Source of the DNA: Octopus sinensis
Lineage: Eukaryota
NCBI RefSeq assembly: GCF_006345805.1
Contig: NC_043001.1
Coordinates: 129,890,001 to 129,954,000, forward strand
Reading direction: 5' to 3'
DNA length: 64,000 nt
The notes under the pieces are model-generated. The model did not search any database, had not been told where the DNA came from, and worked only from the letters and a program-made list of their open reading frames with translations. This document shows positions 37,629 through 50,512 of the stretch, one piece after another (position 1 is the stretch's first letter; each line of letters starts with the position of its first letter). Both the position numbers and the translations under genes were made by a program.

Positions 37629-38466
37629 AAGAAGAAATGAGCCAAAAATTAGGTCTGTGTTAATTCCATGACATTTTTTAAAGTGGAAACCAATTACTGA
37701 CTTTCTACTTATTAGAACATCATCTGCTCAGTTTGTGACCCTGGTAAAATTTGATTGATTATTGATTTAAGTTGTCATTGTTATTGTCAAAATAGACATC
37801 CAAGCCAACTAACAGCAGAACATAAATTTATAGGCAACCAAAATTAATCTTTTACTGCAAAGGTAATTATTGCTTCCATATTGTATTAGAGATAGTGTGC
37901 TGCAAACTGATTTTAATGTTCTTAAGCCAATGGAAGCTTACTCAAAATTTGGCAGGATATTGCTCATAGAGTTTTCTTGGATAGACAGAACAAGAACAAT
38001 TAAAAGACAGATGCAGAGCTATAGAAAAAAAATATTAATGACCTGAGCTAAAACTGGCCAACAGATAAAAAAGAAAGATATATGAAAAAAAAAGAGAGTT
38101 CAGAGGGTTATCCAAAGAAATGGAAAACCATTTCTTTTTACTGAAACTCTTAAACATTTGTCTTAGTAATAATCTGGCTCATTTCTTTGCTCTTTTCTTT
38201 CCTGAATATTTTGTCAGCATCCAAACTGCCTTCAAATCACTGATATCAACTAGTAAGGGGCATTTCTTTGAATATTTGATCCACTACAAAACAGCAACTG
38301 GATCTTCAAATTAAAAAGGGACACACACTGGATATTTACAATGTACAGTATTTGAAATGTTTTTGATCAAAAGCTTGTGCAATCAGCATTGAACTGGGGC
38401 TAAGCAGCAGCAATTTTCCTCCAAAAATACATAATCTCTAATCATACATGCCTCTTTACTATGATC

Positions 38467-38857
38467 GTGGAGGTGCAATGGCCCAGTGGTTAGGGCAGTG
38501 GACTCGCGGTCATAGGATCGCGGTTTCGATTCCCAGACCGGGCGTTGTGAGTGTTTATTGAGCAAAAACACCTAAAGCTCCACGAGGCTCCGGCAGGGGA
38601 TGGTGGTGATCCCTGCTGTACTCTTTCACTACAACTTTCTCTCACTCTTACTTCCTGTTTCTGTTGTACCTGTATTTCAAAGGGCCAGCCTTGTCACTCT
38701 CTGTGTCACGCTGAATATCCCCAAGAACTACGTTAAGGGTACACGTGTCTGTGGAGTGCTCAGCCACTTACACGTTGATTTCACGAGCAGGCTGTTCCGT
38801 TGATTCAGATCAACTGGAACCCTCATCATCGTAACTGACGGAGTGCTTCAATATATA
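38467..38857 (+). mobile_element. SINE family A, full length, 12-bp TSD
   Basis: TTTACTATGATC at 38455-38466 and 38858-38869; tRNA-like head TGGCCCAGTGGTTAGGGC..GGTTTCGATTCC. Confidence 0.92.
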
Positions 38858-39999
38858 TTTACTATGATCATATTATTTAATAGAATATATTAAATATAAT
38901 ATTAAACATTAACTTCAACAAATTAATTAGCTTACAAGTATAATGTTTCATGCAAGCAATGAAATACAATTTTATGAAAGACTTTTGATGAAAAATTATT
39001 TTGTTTAGTCCAAAGTTTGATTGTTCCAATATTCAAAAATGTGTATGATAGCAGGGTTAAAGGTATATATCTCTCAATAGCCCATTCCAACTGATTATAA
39101 ATATAGGTACTATGATGAGGTGTTGATTCATGCTGTAGGTATCGACAACACTGTATGATAGATAGAGTATTTCTTACACTTCTTGTAGTGAGTACAAATT
39201 TTCCAGGGGATCTTGGGATAGCAAAAGGAAATTGCATTTATTCTCTACTGAACCACTAAGAAAGCAAAATTCTGATATAACCCAGATGATTACTTTTGCA
39301 AATATTACAGCTTTTTCTACTTCAATTGTTCTTAGGTAATAAAATGGAACTTATGTTTATTCATTCAAAATATTGTCATTTTTTACAGCTTGCCTCCGTA
39401 AACCTGTCTTCAAATTTGTAATGAAACTTGTATCACTATAATAACTGATCCTAATACATTAGCAAAATATAGTTCACCAACTTGAGGTGAAAGGTAAAGG
39501 TAGAGATTTGGTCTCATAACAATGAATGCCCTATGAAGTTTATAGAAACCATAAAGCAACCAATCCTATTTTCTAATGACAATAGCATATTCACTGTCAA
39601 CTTTTGAAACAATAATAGTTAGATACCCATAATGGTTTAAGAATTTAAGAACTGGGAAATATATATCTGAGGAGAAAGAAAAATGTGAGTATATTGTTTA
39701 ATTTTTCTCGGTAGAGTAATGAGATGAAACAATCAAAAGACAATCAAAATTAGGTCAATTCCACAAGATCCTAACTGCAGAACGTTATAGATAATAATAT
39801 AAATTATTAAGTTTTTTCTTTTTTTTTTAGGAGACAAAAGAACCATGAACACAAATAAAATATTCTATGTACTTAATTTAAGCATTTAGTGAGCTTCTAC
39901 ATTCATATTACTGACATGTGAAAGTTTAGAGTTACTGAATAAAAATGATATTGAAGTAAAGAAAAAGTCTTCATAAATAAAGCATGTGCTTGTATGTAT

Positions 40000-40381
40000 T
40001 GTGTGTGTATATATGTGTATATATATGTATGTATGTGGATATATATATGTATATATATATATATATATATTATATATATGTATATACATATATATATGAA
40101 TATCATGCTAGCATGGAGAACGGACACTAAATGATGATGATGATGATGATATATATATATGAATATATATATGTATGTATATATATATATAGATAACGTT
40201 AAAGACTTGTATGTATATATATATATATATATATGAATATATATATGTATGTATATATATATATATATATAACGTTAAAGACTTGTTTTATTTATATTTC
40301 CTGAGCGCCATACTAATACAATTGTTCGTTTGTTTTCCACCTGCCTTCGTCTTTTGTTTATTTTCATAAAGCTTCCCGTTA

Positions 40382-40416
<35 letters not shown>

Positions 40417-40452
40417 TATATTTGTATATGCATATCATATATATGAATATAC

Positions 40453-40505
<53 letters not shown>

Positions 40506-40536
40506 TCATGTATACACATATTATATATGAATATAC

Positions 40537-40577
<41 letters not shown>

Positions 40578-40660
40578 GTATGTACATATTATATATATGT
40601 ATGTACATATTATATATATGAATATACATATGTATGTATATATATATATATATATGATTT
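40000..40660. repeat. Compound TA-rich microsatellite field containing a ~60-75-bp direct duplication and a family C tail fragment
   Basis: TAACGTTAAAGACTTGT occurs twice; CATGCTAGCATGGAGAACGGAC at ~40104. Confidence 0.8.
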
Positions 40661-40794
40661 GAACAAATGCAAAATGCAAAGACGTAAAATATTATTTACT
40701 TCTTTGTTCCATTTCTGCCATAATCGGATTTCAAAACCTAATTTTTTCACTTCTTGGTATTAACACATGCCACAATGGACAAGAAGAGATGATG

Positions 40795-40840
<46 letters not shown>

Positions 40841-41799
40841 CAACAACATCATCAACATCAACGACAATGGAACAGTGGTAAAAAACAAAAACCAAAAATA
40901 AACTATTAATAACCATGAAGGTGATGGACATGATCTGAATAAAATATCAATTAGCAGCTAGATTAAACTTCTATAAAGTCAGCAGAGCCTCACTGTGTCC
41001 ATATGTCATGTAAGTATGAAACAGAGGTGGTGGGGTGACAGAAGACTAGCACTGCTAAAAGTGACATCTCTCAGGAGATGTCATAAGCCTAATGCTCTTA
41101 TCTTGTCAGAGATGGGTGGGAACGACGACGTTGGCTGAGATGATAAAAAAGAAAAAAAAAAAAGGAAAAGGAGTGGGGGTGGGTGGGGGAGAAACAAATA
41201 AGAAAGAAAGGAAGGCCCTATTTAGGAAACTATGGAAATTAGTGAAGCATGTAGCTGGTTAGCTTTATGATGCATAACGGTTTAGTAAGAAAAGCAAATC
41301 TACAGCTAATTTTTTTTTTTGCTAATATTTTCTTCACTTTCCCTCTTTGTCTTTATAATCATCGTTATTTCAACGCCTGTATGTGTTTTGGAGAGGGTAT
41401 GATTTTATTTCTAAGATTGTTTTATTTTTCTCTCAGAGAAAAAAAAGTGGGGAGGTTTTCTTTTCTTTTATATTTCTTAAGGCTGGCATGAGCTGGATGA
41501 ATTTATAAGGACCCTATTCCTCTATAATTTCCTGCCTTGGACCTAAAAAAAATTCAGATTTATACAAACAGCATCATTATTATTTGTAGAATAGAAGGTC
41601 CTGGCACTAATATCCTTGATTAAAGTATCAATGCTTACACTATTTGGTCCTTCTTCCTTAATAATTGCAGTCTATTGCATATACCAGACATTCTCATTAT
41701 TATTAACCAGCTGAATTGTTAGGTGCCAGACAAAAGGCTTTTTAGATTCTGAGTTCAGATCCCACCAAAGTTAACTTTGCTCTTCATCTATCTGGCGTT

Positions 41800-42009
41800 C
41801 ATCATCATCATCATCGTTTAACGTCCGTTCTCCATGCTAGCATGGGTTGGACGGTTCGACCGGGGTTCTGGGAAGCCAGAAGGCTGCACCAGGCTCCAGT
41901 CTTATCTGGCAATGTTTCTACAGCTGGATGCCCTTCCTAACGCCAACCACTCCGTGAGTGTAGTGGGTGCTTTTTAGGTGCCACCTGCACAGGTGCCAGG
42001 CGAGGCTGG
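41800..42009 (-). mobile_element. Family C 3' portion nested inside a family D copy
   Basis: D halves at ~41710-41800 and ~42010-42100. Confidence 0.8.
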
Positions 42010-42102
42010 ACAAAATAAAATACCAGTCAAGTCCTGGTTCAATGGTATGGACAAATTTCCTTCCACCAAAATTGTTGGACTTGTACATTCATCAGAGAAA
42101 AC

Positions 42103-42134
<32 letters not shown>

Positions 42135-42136
42135 AC

Positions 42137-42168
<32 letters not shown>

Positions 42169-42170
<2 letters not shown>

Positions 42171-42617
42171 GATAAAATAGGTGTTCAAGTACCAGAGTCA
42201 TCAATGCAAGTTTTAATTCCAACTTTTTCAGTTTCTTTGGTAGCATTTTGGGTGTTGTGCCAAGTGCACCAATTACTACAAGAATAACTGTTGTCTTAGA
42301 CTTCAACAGTCTCTTCGGCCCTCTGATATTTCTTTCAACTTTTTCAATTACTTTGGCATCAACTCTATTATAAGGAATTGCAAATTTATGATCTTACATT
42401 GTTTATTCTGTCTTCTATAATCATATCTGATTTTCTTGCTTCACCAGTAGTTCCATAAGATCTTGTAATTCTCATTTTCTAACACACCCTCTGGTTCATG
42501 TTTGTACTACTTCTTTGTTATTTTGAAGCTACAAACTCATCTAACATCCCAATGCATAATTTTACCTACACAGTCATGCCCCCACTTATACTCATTTTGT
42601 GCTAGTATGCTGCACTC
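42169..42617 (-). pseudogene. 5'-truncated R4/Dong-type non-LTR retrotransposon (restriction-like endonuclease region)
   Basis: ECSILAQNEYKWGHDCVGKIMHWD..YKHEPEGVLENENYKILWN..EARKSDMII..VILVVIGALGTTPKML; compare CxxLAxxEYxxRHD, HEPEGVLENE..ILWD, RRPD and GALG; both flanks are (TAA)n. Confidence 0.8.
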
Positions 42618-44240
42618 ATTATTATTACTATTATTATTATTTATAAAGGGGCCAGTAGACTGGTGGAGTTGTTAATGTATTGAACTCTTTATGTTCTAAG
42701 CAAATACTACCAAAGTCAGGATCAATAACAAAGTACCAGTCATGTACTGGGGGTCAATGTAACTGACTAACCTTTCCCCCATAAACTGTCTGTCATAAAG
42801 AAAAACGGAAGTGTGTTACATTTTTAGATATACCATTTCTGAATAACAAAATAAGGTCACAGCTGGAAAGCCTTTGATTGTAAGTAATCTTGATTAAGGC
42901 TGATCAAGGGATAATCGACAACTTAGTTATGTTAAATTGTCAGACCTATCAGTGTTTATTTTCAGTCATAAAGTCTGGCTAGTATGAAACTATGCCTTCA
43001 TGGGGAATACAAATAAGATCAAAGTGTGTCTGGAGCTGTCACCAGAATACTTGCCAGAATGAAAACTTGGAAACGACTGCATGCTCACATACAATTTTGA
43101 TTAGTTTAAACTTTGGAATTGTATCCCTTACCCGTGTATTCTTTTCTTTTTTTTTTTTTTGAATGAACCAGAATTAATCATAAAGCTAATGTTTTCATTT
43201 ACCCCACTTCATCTTGACTGTAATTTATTGGCCCACAAGTTAGAATCAACTTATAAATGAAGCTAAATGGATTCAAATATCACAATGCTGTACCAATAAC
43301 TGGGTACAACTGCTAACCCTCACCCCACACCACCTTGTCCAGTAAATTCTATATACTAAGAAGTGGCTTGTATTATATATCAATACCATTTGAACTTCTT
43401 CAAGCAATGAAAGTGGTACTCATTTTGACAAATAAAATTGAACTTTTATTCTCCTTTTTTAATGTCCAGAACCTTAGCCAACAAATCACTTTTAACCTTC
43501 GAGACCATGAAATTAACCTAGTTTCATCTGAAACAGACTGCAAAGATGTATATTTACTTCATAGTTGCAATTATTAACAGTCCAATTAAATGCTTCCTGA
43601 TGTTGAAGAACTACATAATTTCTTTTAAATATTGGTGTTTTCCTCATAGATATAAACTAAGCAGAAGATGGAAATATATGTGTTTGTGTGTATGTGTGTC
43701 ACTGTATGTATGTTGAAGCAAATCTATTGTTTCTTAATGAAAATTTAAATTGTAGTTAGTAGTTACAACATTAATATCTTCAGATGAGGAAGATCACCTG
43801 CTGATGATGACAGCAAGTATATTATCTGGTAAATAAATACACTTTAAAAGCAGGTGCAATTTATTTTATTTGTTACAATACCTAGAATTAATTATGATTA
43901 ATTGGTAAGTATATTCCAATTTTCAGTAATTGCGGGGAATAACATTAACATATTAATTTACAATAATGATTAGTGACAACAATGACAATAATAATTAGAG
44001 ATAAATAGGAATTTTTTTGTTTCTTTTGTTTCCTTATTTGTTTCATTTATACAATTGTACCAATACAAAAACAGAAATGCAAATCTAGAAATAACAATGT
44101 TTGCAATATTATACATTTTTGACATCATGAAAAAAAATATATTCCCTCAAAAATAAAAGAATATAGCTATGAAAATAAGAATTGTTTCCTTGTCAACATT
44201 TTAAGGTTCATACTGCTATAAGTCATACAACAGAATTTTA

Positions 44241-44487
44241 GGTGGTACATGAAAAGCACCATTTGAGCGTGGCCGTTGCCAGTACTGCCTGACTGGCCCT
44301 CGTGCCAGTGGAACGTAAAAGCACCCAGTACACTCTCAGAGTAGTTGGCATTAGGAAGGGCATCCAGTTGTAGAAACTCTACCAGATCAGATTGGAGTCT
44401 GGTGCAGCCATCTGGTTCGCCAGACCTCAGTCAAATCGTCCAACCCATGCTAGCATGGAAAGCGGACTTTAAACGATGATGATGATG
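44241..44487 (+). mobile_element. Retroposon family C
   Basis: Family C core and (GAT)n tail; similar to 52887-53146. Confidence 0.82.
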
Positions 44488-44849
44488 TAAGACTTGAAGT
44501 TGAGTATATTAAGTTCAATCAAAGCTGGCAACATTACTAGGTGACGAATTGGCAGACTTGTTAGAGCACCAGATACAGTGCCTCATGGTATTTGTCCTTA
44601 TTCTGTATTCTAAGCTCAAATCTCACCAAAGTCTGCTTGACCTTTCATCCTTTTGGGGTTGGTATAGCAGAAGTACTATTCCAGGGAAGAGGTCAGACTG
44701 GCAGAATTGTAGTATTTTGTCACTGCTCCTAATGTTCTGAGTTCAAATCCTGCCATGTACTACTTGGGTGGTAAGCTTAATCAGTTGCCTGATGAAAGAC
44801 CACCACCTAGCACCTTATGTACTTTAGCAGAGTCTATTCTGTTGCAAGC

Positions 44850-45225
44850 ATGTGTGTGTGTTTATGTATGCCAGTGTGATAATGTGTGCATCCATGTATG
44901 TGTGTGTGTGTTTATGTATGCCAGTGTGTTAATTTGTGTGTCTGTGTGTGTGTTTATGTATACCAGTGTGATAATGTGTGCATCCATGTGTGTGTGTGTG
45001 TGTGTTTATGTATGCCAGTGTGTTAATGTGTGTGTCTGTGTGTGTGTTTATGTATACCAGTGTGTTAATGTGTGTGTGCATGTGTATGTATCTGCATATG
45101 TTTATGTATGCCAATGTGTTAATGTGTGTGTCTGTGTATGTGTTTATGTATACCAGTGTGTTAATGTGTATGTATCTGTGTATGTTTATGTATGCCAGTG
45201 TGATAATATGTGCGTGTCTGTGTGT
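44850..45225. repeat. Minisatellite, 8 units of ~41-55 bp (TTTATGTATRCCARTGTGWTAAT plus TG tract)
   Basis: Unit starts at ~44861, 44911, 44953, 45005, 45047, 45101, 45143 and 45185. Confidence 0.9.
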
Positions 45226-45379
45226 TGCATAGTTCTCGTCTGGATTATTTTTTTTTCATTATATCTCAACACTGTAATTACTTTGACATTATTAATTAGT
45301 ATTATCATCATTATTAAATCATTCCCATCGTTGCTGTTGTTATTATTAAAGATACCATTATTATCATTATTATAACTAT

Positions 45380-45897
45380 TAAGGCGGTGATCTGGCAGAA
45401 TCGTTAGCATGCCGGGCAAAATGCTTGGCGGCATTTCGTCCATCTTCATGTTCTGAGTTCAAATTCTGCTACAGTCAAATTTGCCTTTCATCCTTTTGGA
45501 GTCGATAAAATAAGTAACAGTTATGCACTGGGATCAATGTAATCGACTTACCTCCCCCAACCCCAAATTGCTGTCCTTGTGCCAAAATTAATCTTGGAGT
45601 GTCAGTAAAGTATAATGGATATTGCCTTCCCTCCAGACTAAAAGATAAATATATAAATATATTAGAAGGCGGTGAGCTGGCAGAAACGGTAGCACGCCGG
45701 GCGAAATGCATAGCCGTATTTCGTCTGCCGTTACGTTCTGGGTTCAAATTCCGCCGAGGTTGACTTTGCCTTTCATCCTTTCGGGGTCGATAAATTAAGT
45801 ACCAGTTACGCACTGGGGCCGATGGAATCGACTTAATCGCTTTGTCTGTCCTTGTTTGTCCCCTCTGTGTTTAGCCCCTTGTGGGTAGTAAAGAAAT
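45380..45897 (+). mobile_element. Two family D SINE copies (45380-45590; CpG-rich young copy 45666-45897)
   Basis: AAGGCGGTGAGCTGGCAGAAACG..GCCTTTCATCCTTTCGGGGTCGATAAATTAAGTACC. Confidence 0.88.
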
Positions 45898-46264
45898 ATA
45901 TATAAATAAATGAATAAAATGGTGACAAAATCGTTCCAGCTATTATAATGCTTCAGTTGATTTTGTTTAACCCTAGATCAACCGTGATCAAAATCTTTCC
46001 AGCCATGACCATCTTGTATTTATATCGAACTACATTATTTCATGCATCCTTTGCTTATTTAAAATGATAGAGTCTAGTTTGAGTGAGATTTAGTGGCTAT
46101 TTCCAGTGGTCAAGTAGAAACAGAAGTTCCTTCCAGCCACTGATGATGCTTAGTTGTTAGCATTTGACTTAACATGAAAGACTAGCTTGTCATTTGTTTA
46201 CTCCACAGAAGATACAATTTAATTCTCACTTTACTGTGAAACGTCCATTAAAAAAAAAAACAAT

Positions 46265-46674
46265 AGGCGCAGGAGTGGCTGTGTGGTAAGTAGCTTGCTA
46301 ACCAACCACATGGTTCCAGGTTCAGTCCCATTGCGTGGCGCCTTGGGCAAGTGTCTTCTACTATAGCCTCAGGCCGACCAAAGCCTTGTGAGTGGATTTG
46401 GTAGACGGAAACTGAAAGAAGCTTGTCGTATATATGTACATATATATATGCGTGCGTGTGTTTGTGTGTCTGTGTTTGTCCCCCTAGCATTGCTTGACAA
46501 CCGATGATAGTGTGTTTATGTCCCCGTTACTTAGCGGTTCGGCAAAAGAGACCGATAGAATAAGTACTGGGCTTACAAAAGAATAAGTCCCGGGGTGAGT
46601 TGCTCGATTAAAAGGTGGTGCTCCAGCATGGCCGCAGTCAAATGACTGAAACAAGTAAAAGAGTAAAAGAGAGT
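46265..46674 (+). mobile_element. SINE family B, full length
   Basis: Matches 21481-21890. Confidence 0.9.
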
Positions 46675-49600
46675 AATCAAAACATCGATCCTTTGTGATT
46701 TTGACACGTTGCAATTTAAATTAAAAACAGAGTGGTTCAACCTTTCAAAATCCATAACTTTTAGATAGACACGAACCTTCTTTCCACTGTTTGCTATACC
46801 TAAAAAGTAAGGTAGATGAGAAAATCATTTCTGAGTATTTCAGATCGTTTATGTTTGCACAAGTGGTGGGTTTCAAACATTTGAACATTTGAATGATTTT
46901 AAAAATATTCTAAAGAAGTTAGACTAAATATATAAGACACTGCCAATAAAGAACAACAAGATCTGACCTCACATGAGTTCACTTCAGGCTTCTGATATTT
47001 TAGGGTAAAAATTCTCATTACATTTAAGATAGAAAATAATTCTAGATGTTGAGAAAAAAAGTGTTGTTATTGGCAGGCCGTTCTAGTGTGCTGTGAATAT
47101 TTATATACAATCTGTTGTCCCTAGACATTATCTTATAATAAACTAATAGAATAATATGCCTTGCTCGAAAGCAAGGAATACAATACAAGGGCAGCAACAG
47201 TGTTAGAAATCATGAGTTTACTATCACTAGTTAAGTGTTTTATCTCTACAATTAGAATAAGAAAAAAAAAAAAAAAAAAACCCCTCCAAAAACAGATATA
47301 CTATTGTCAAAATAAGATGCAGTTTTTTATTTTATCTAAATGAGACGTCACTGAAATATTCCAGAATTATAAAATGACAAAAGTGCTTCAGATCAAATCA
47401 ACATAATTTCAATGTTTATTTATACTCATAATGTAATTCAAAAACCTACTAAAATATTATTTTTGTATCTAAAAATCACAAACATTATTAGCATAAACTT
47501 TAATCTTTAAGTAAGTTCGTATATTCTTTACAAAAGCACTGACAAGAAGTAGCTGAATATCAAATACAATTTCTTCAGCAAAGTTAATGAACTGTATCCT
47601 TTTATCTATTTATATTTGTTTGGCGAGACAAACCTGACTATAGTATAAAGCTGCTAAAAGATGACTGGTAAAAAAATGTCAAATTTAAGGTTACAGAACT
47701 GAATTCTGCCAAATAAAATAAAATAAAATAAAATAGACAAATACAACTGTAACAATAACAACAATAATAATATTAATAAATTGAAAACATTTCTAAATTA
47801 ACTTTATTTTAAAACAGCTTCTCTATTATATTTTGCATGATGTGTATACATTGGAACACTATTGATGTAAGAAGCTTTACACTTTTGCTAATTTTAGTTC
47901 TATATTCAAGAACACTGTGCATTCTTAGGTTTGGTGTGAAGAAGATAAAAAAAGGATAAATAGATAAAATAAATCAAATATAATAAAAGTTGTTCAAAAT
48001 AAAATTGTATACAAAAATGGAACAGTGTAGGTTAGCTTCAATTTTTTACTGCAAAAATTTGCATTTTAGGATCAGTATCTGATAAAAATAATAAAATCTA
48101 GTTTCGTTTAAACAAAACAACAAAACAGCAACAACAAGGCGAAGTTAGAATGAAAGGTCTATCTGAGAAAGTTCTCAGAGTTAACGAAGAAAAATAAGCA
48201 AGCAGATGGCCAGGCTTCATGTTTCTGACTTAATGAGAATTGCCACAGAATATAGGAAGATATTCCTATATTCCTGCATTTTACTTGCAACACCGAAAAT
48301 AAAAGGTGAACTAATTATTAGAATACAAATGAGAAGGCAGAGAATGAGTACAGCAGAGAAGAGGGAATCACAGGAAGCCGGTGTATCTTACATGAAAGAT
48401 CTTCAATCATTTGGTAGACAATTTTGACAGATGTTTCTCCTTATTGTAATATATGATTATTTATAAAATTTTAACAATAAACTGTGACTGATTTGATGCC
48501 ACTGAAAATTGGACAACAAAATAGTCAAGTCTTAATGATTTAAAGAAATGTTGCATTTATATATTAGATCAAGGAATATCATATTTTAACTATGCTATTT
48601 CCCCCCATTTCCCACCCACCAAAAAATCCTAGTATATATCATTTTGATAATTTTATACCGCAAAAGATAGATTTGTGGCTGGCCAGCCAATATCCTTTAT
48701 TTTATCAATTTTGTTTTTATAAAAAAAGAAAAAAAGAGAAAATGAAGTGAAACATGCACAGAGAAATCCATCAAAATGGATTTCTTTATGTATATGACCC
48801 AGGGAGTAATTTGTCAAAATGATTGAAAATTCTTGCCAAAGTTTATAAGGTAGCTTTAAAGATGTCAATGATGATTCTAAAATAAATGAACAAACAACTT
48901 AATTCTAAAAATAATTCTAAAGAACAGTCTATTTTTTCAGACATTGAAGACTTCAGAAACTGTCAGTCTATCACACTGCAAGTGCTAAATTTGCAGTAAT
49001 GAGTGAGTGTAAGATTCTTTTAGCATATCAGCTACTCAAGATAAGTATAATTCTCTCATGAGCCATTGGTATTCAACTCAAAACTCATTAGGCTTCAGAG
49101 ATGAAGTAAGAGAATTCAAGCTTACTGTTTAATTACATTATAGGTAAACAAAATGAAGAGAAATGAAAAGGTAAATCTATATTCAATGGAGTCAAGAAGA
49201 CAACAGTTTGTATGGCTTCAACTCATCTGATCAATTTTCAGGTAACAATCTTAATTTATTTTTCCGCCTTTTTTTTTTGATATTTTTTCATTAATAAATT
49301 TGCCATCATCATTTAATATTTGGCTTTCAGGCTTGAAAAATGGTTAGATAGCTTGTCAGGGACTGACAAGTTGCAGAACTGTGTCATATACCATTGTCTA
49401 CTTTGACATGGTTTTTATAGCCTTCTTAATGCCAACCACTTAACTGAATGTACTGGGTACAATTTGTTTTTGTAACAGCAGTACTAGTTATCATCACCTT
49501 GTTGTTTGAAACCTCAAGTAATATCATTCAATTCTTTTAAAGTGAATTACTGAGAGTATTTTGAAGAAAAAGTTGAGACCAAATAATAGAATTAATTATA

Positions 49601-49964
49601 GATATAAAATTATACTGCTGCAGTTTAATGATTTGCCATAGATTTACTTAACTCTTCATCATTTAAACCAGGCATATCCAGCCCATTATTCTACCTGTTT
49701 TATGTTAAAACTGACCAGATCTAGCCTCTTATACCAAGTCTACAGTATCATTCCAAATATAAACAATCACATCATCAAAATCTTGAAGCTATGAAATAAT
49801 GCATAATTAATTCAAAACAATATGAATAAATAAGCATTATGGAATAACACATCAACAATGATATAGTAAATATGAATTTGCTTATTATTACTTCATAAAA
49901 ATCTAAACCTTTAGATTTAGCAAAAATTCTATGTCTCTGTTAAGTAGAATAATGAATTCTGACA

Positions 49965-50512
49965 CAGGCCTGTGCCAGTGCAATGCAAAAAAGCATTGAT
50001 GTCAGCATCATGTAATATACACTTGTGCTGGTGCCATGTAAAAAGCCCTCATGCTGGTTCCACATAAAAGGTATTGAAAAAGGCACTCATGCCAGTATCA
50101 TGGGAAAAACATACTTGTGCCAGCATCACATAAAAGAGTACTCGTGTTGGCACCACATAAAGGGTACTTGTGTTTGCACAGCATAAAAATCACTCGTGCA
50201 AGAGTCATATAAAGGTGCCCATGCTAGTGCCACATAAAAAGCATCCAGTGCACTCTGTAAAGTGGTTGGCAGAAATGTTAGCATGCCGGGCGAAATGCTT
50301 AGCGGTATTTCGTCTGCCGTTACGTTCTGAGTTCAAATTCCGCCAAGGTCGACTTTGCCGTTCATCCTTCTGGGGTCGATAAATTAAGTACCAGTTATGC
50401 ACTGGGGTCGATGTAATCGACTTAATCAGTTTGTCTGTCCTTGTTTGTCCTCTCTGTGTTTAGCCTCTTGTGGGTAGTAAAGAAATAGGTTGGCATTAGG
50501 AAAAGCATTCAG
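49965..50512 (+). mobile_element. Older family C-type element (short tandem units) interrupted by a family D SINE (50272-50487)
   Basis: 8-bp TSD GGTTGGCA at 50264-50271 and 50488-50495 splits the GTGGTTGGCATTAGGAA motif. Confidence 0.78.

Noticed and set aside
38467-38540. tRNA gene candidates at SINE heads
   Set aside because: No closed acceptor stem or terminator; they continue into SINE bodies and are bounded by TSDs
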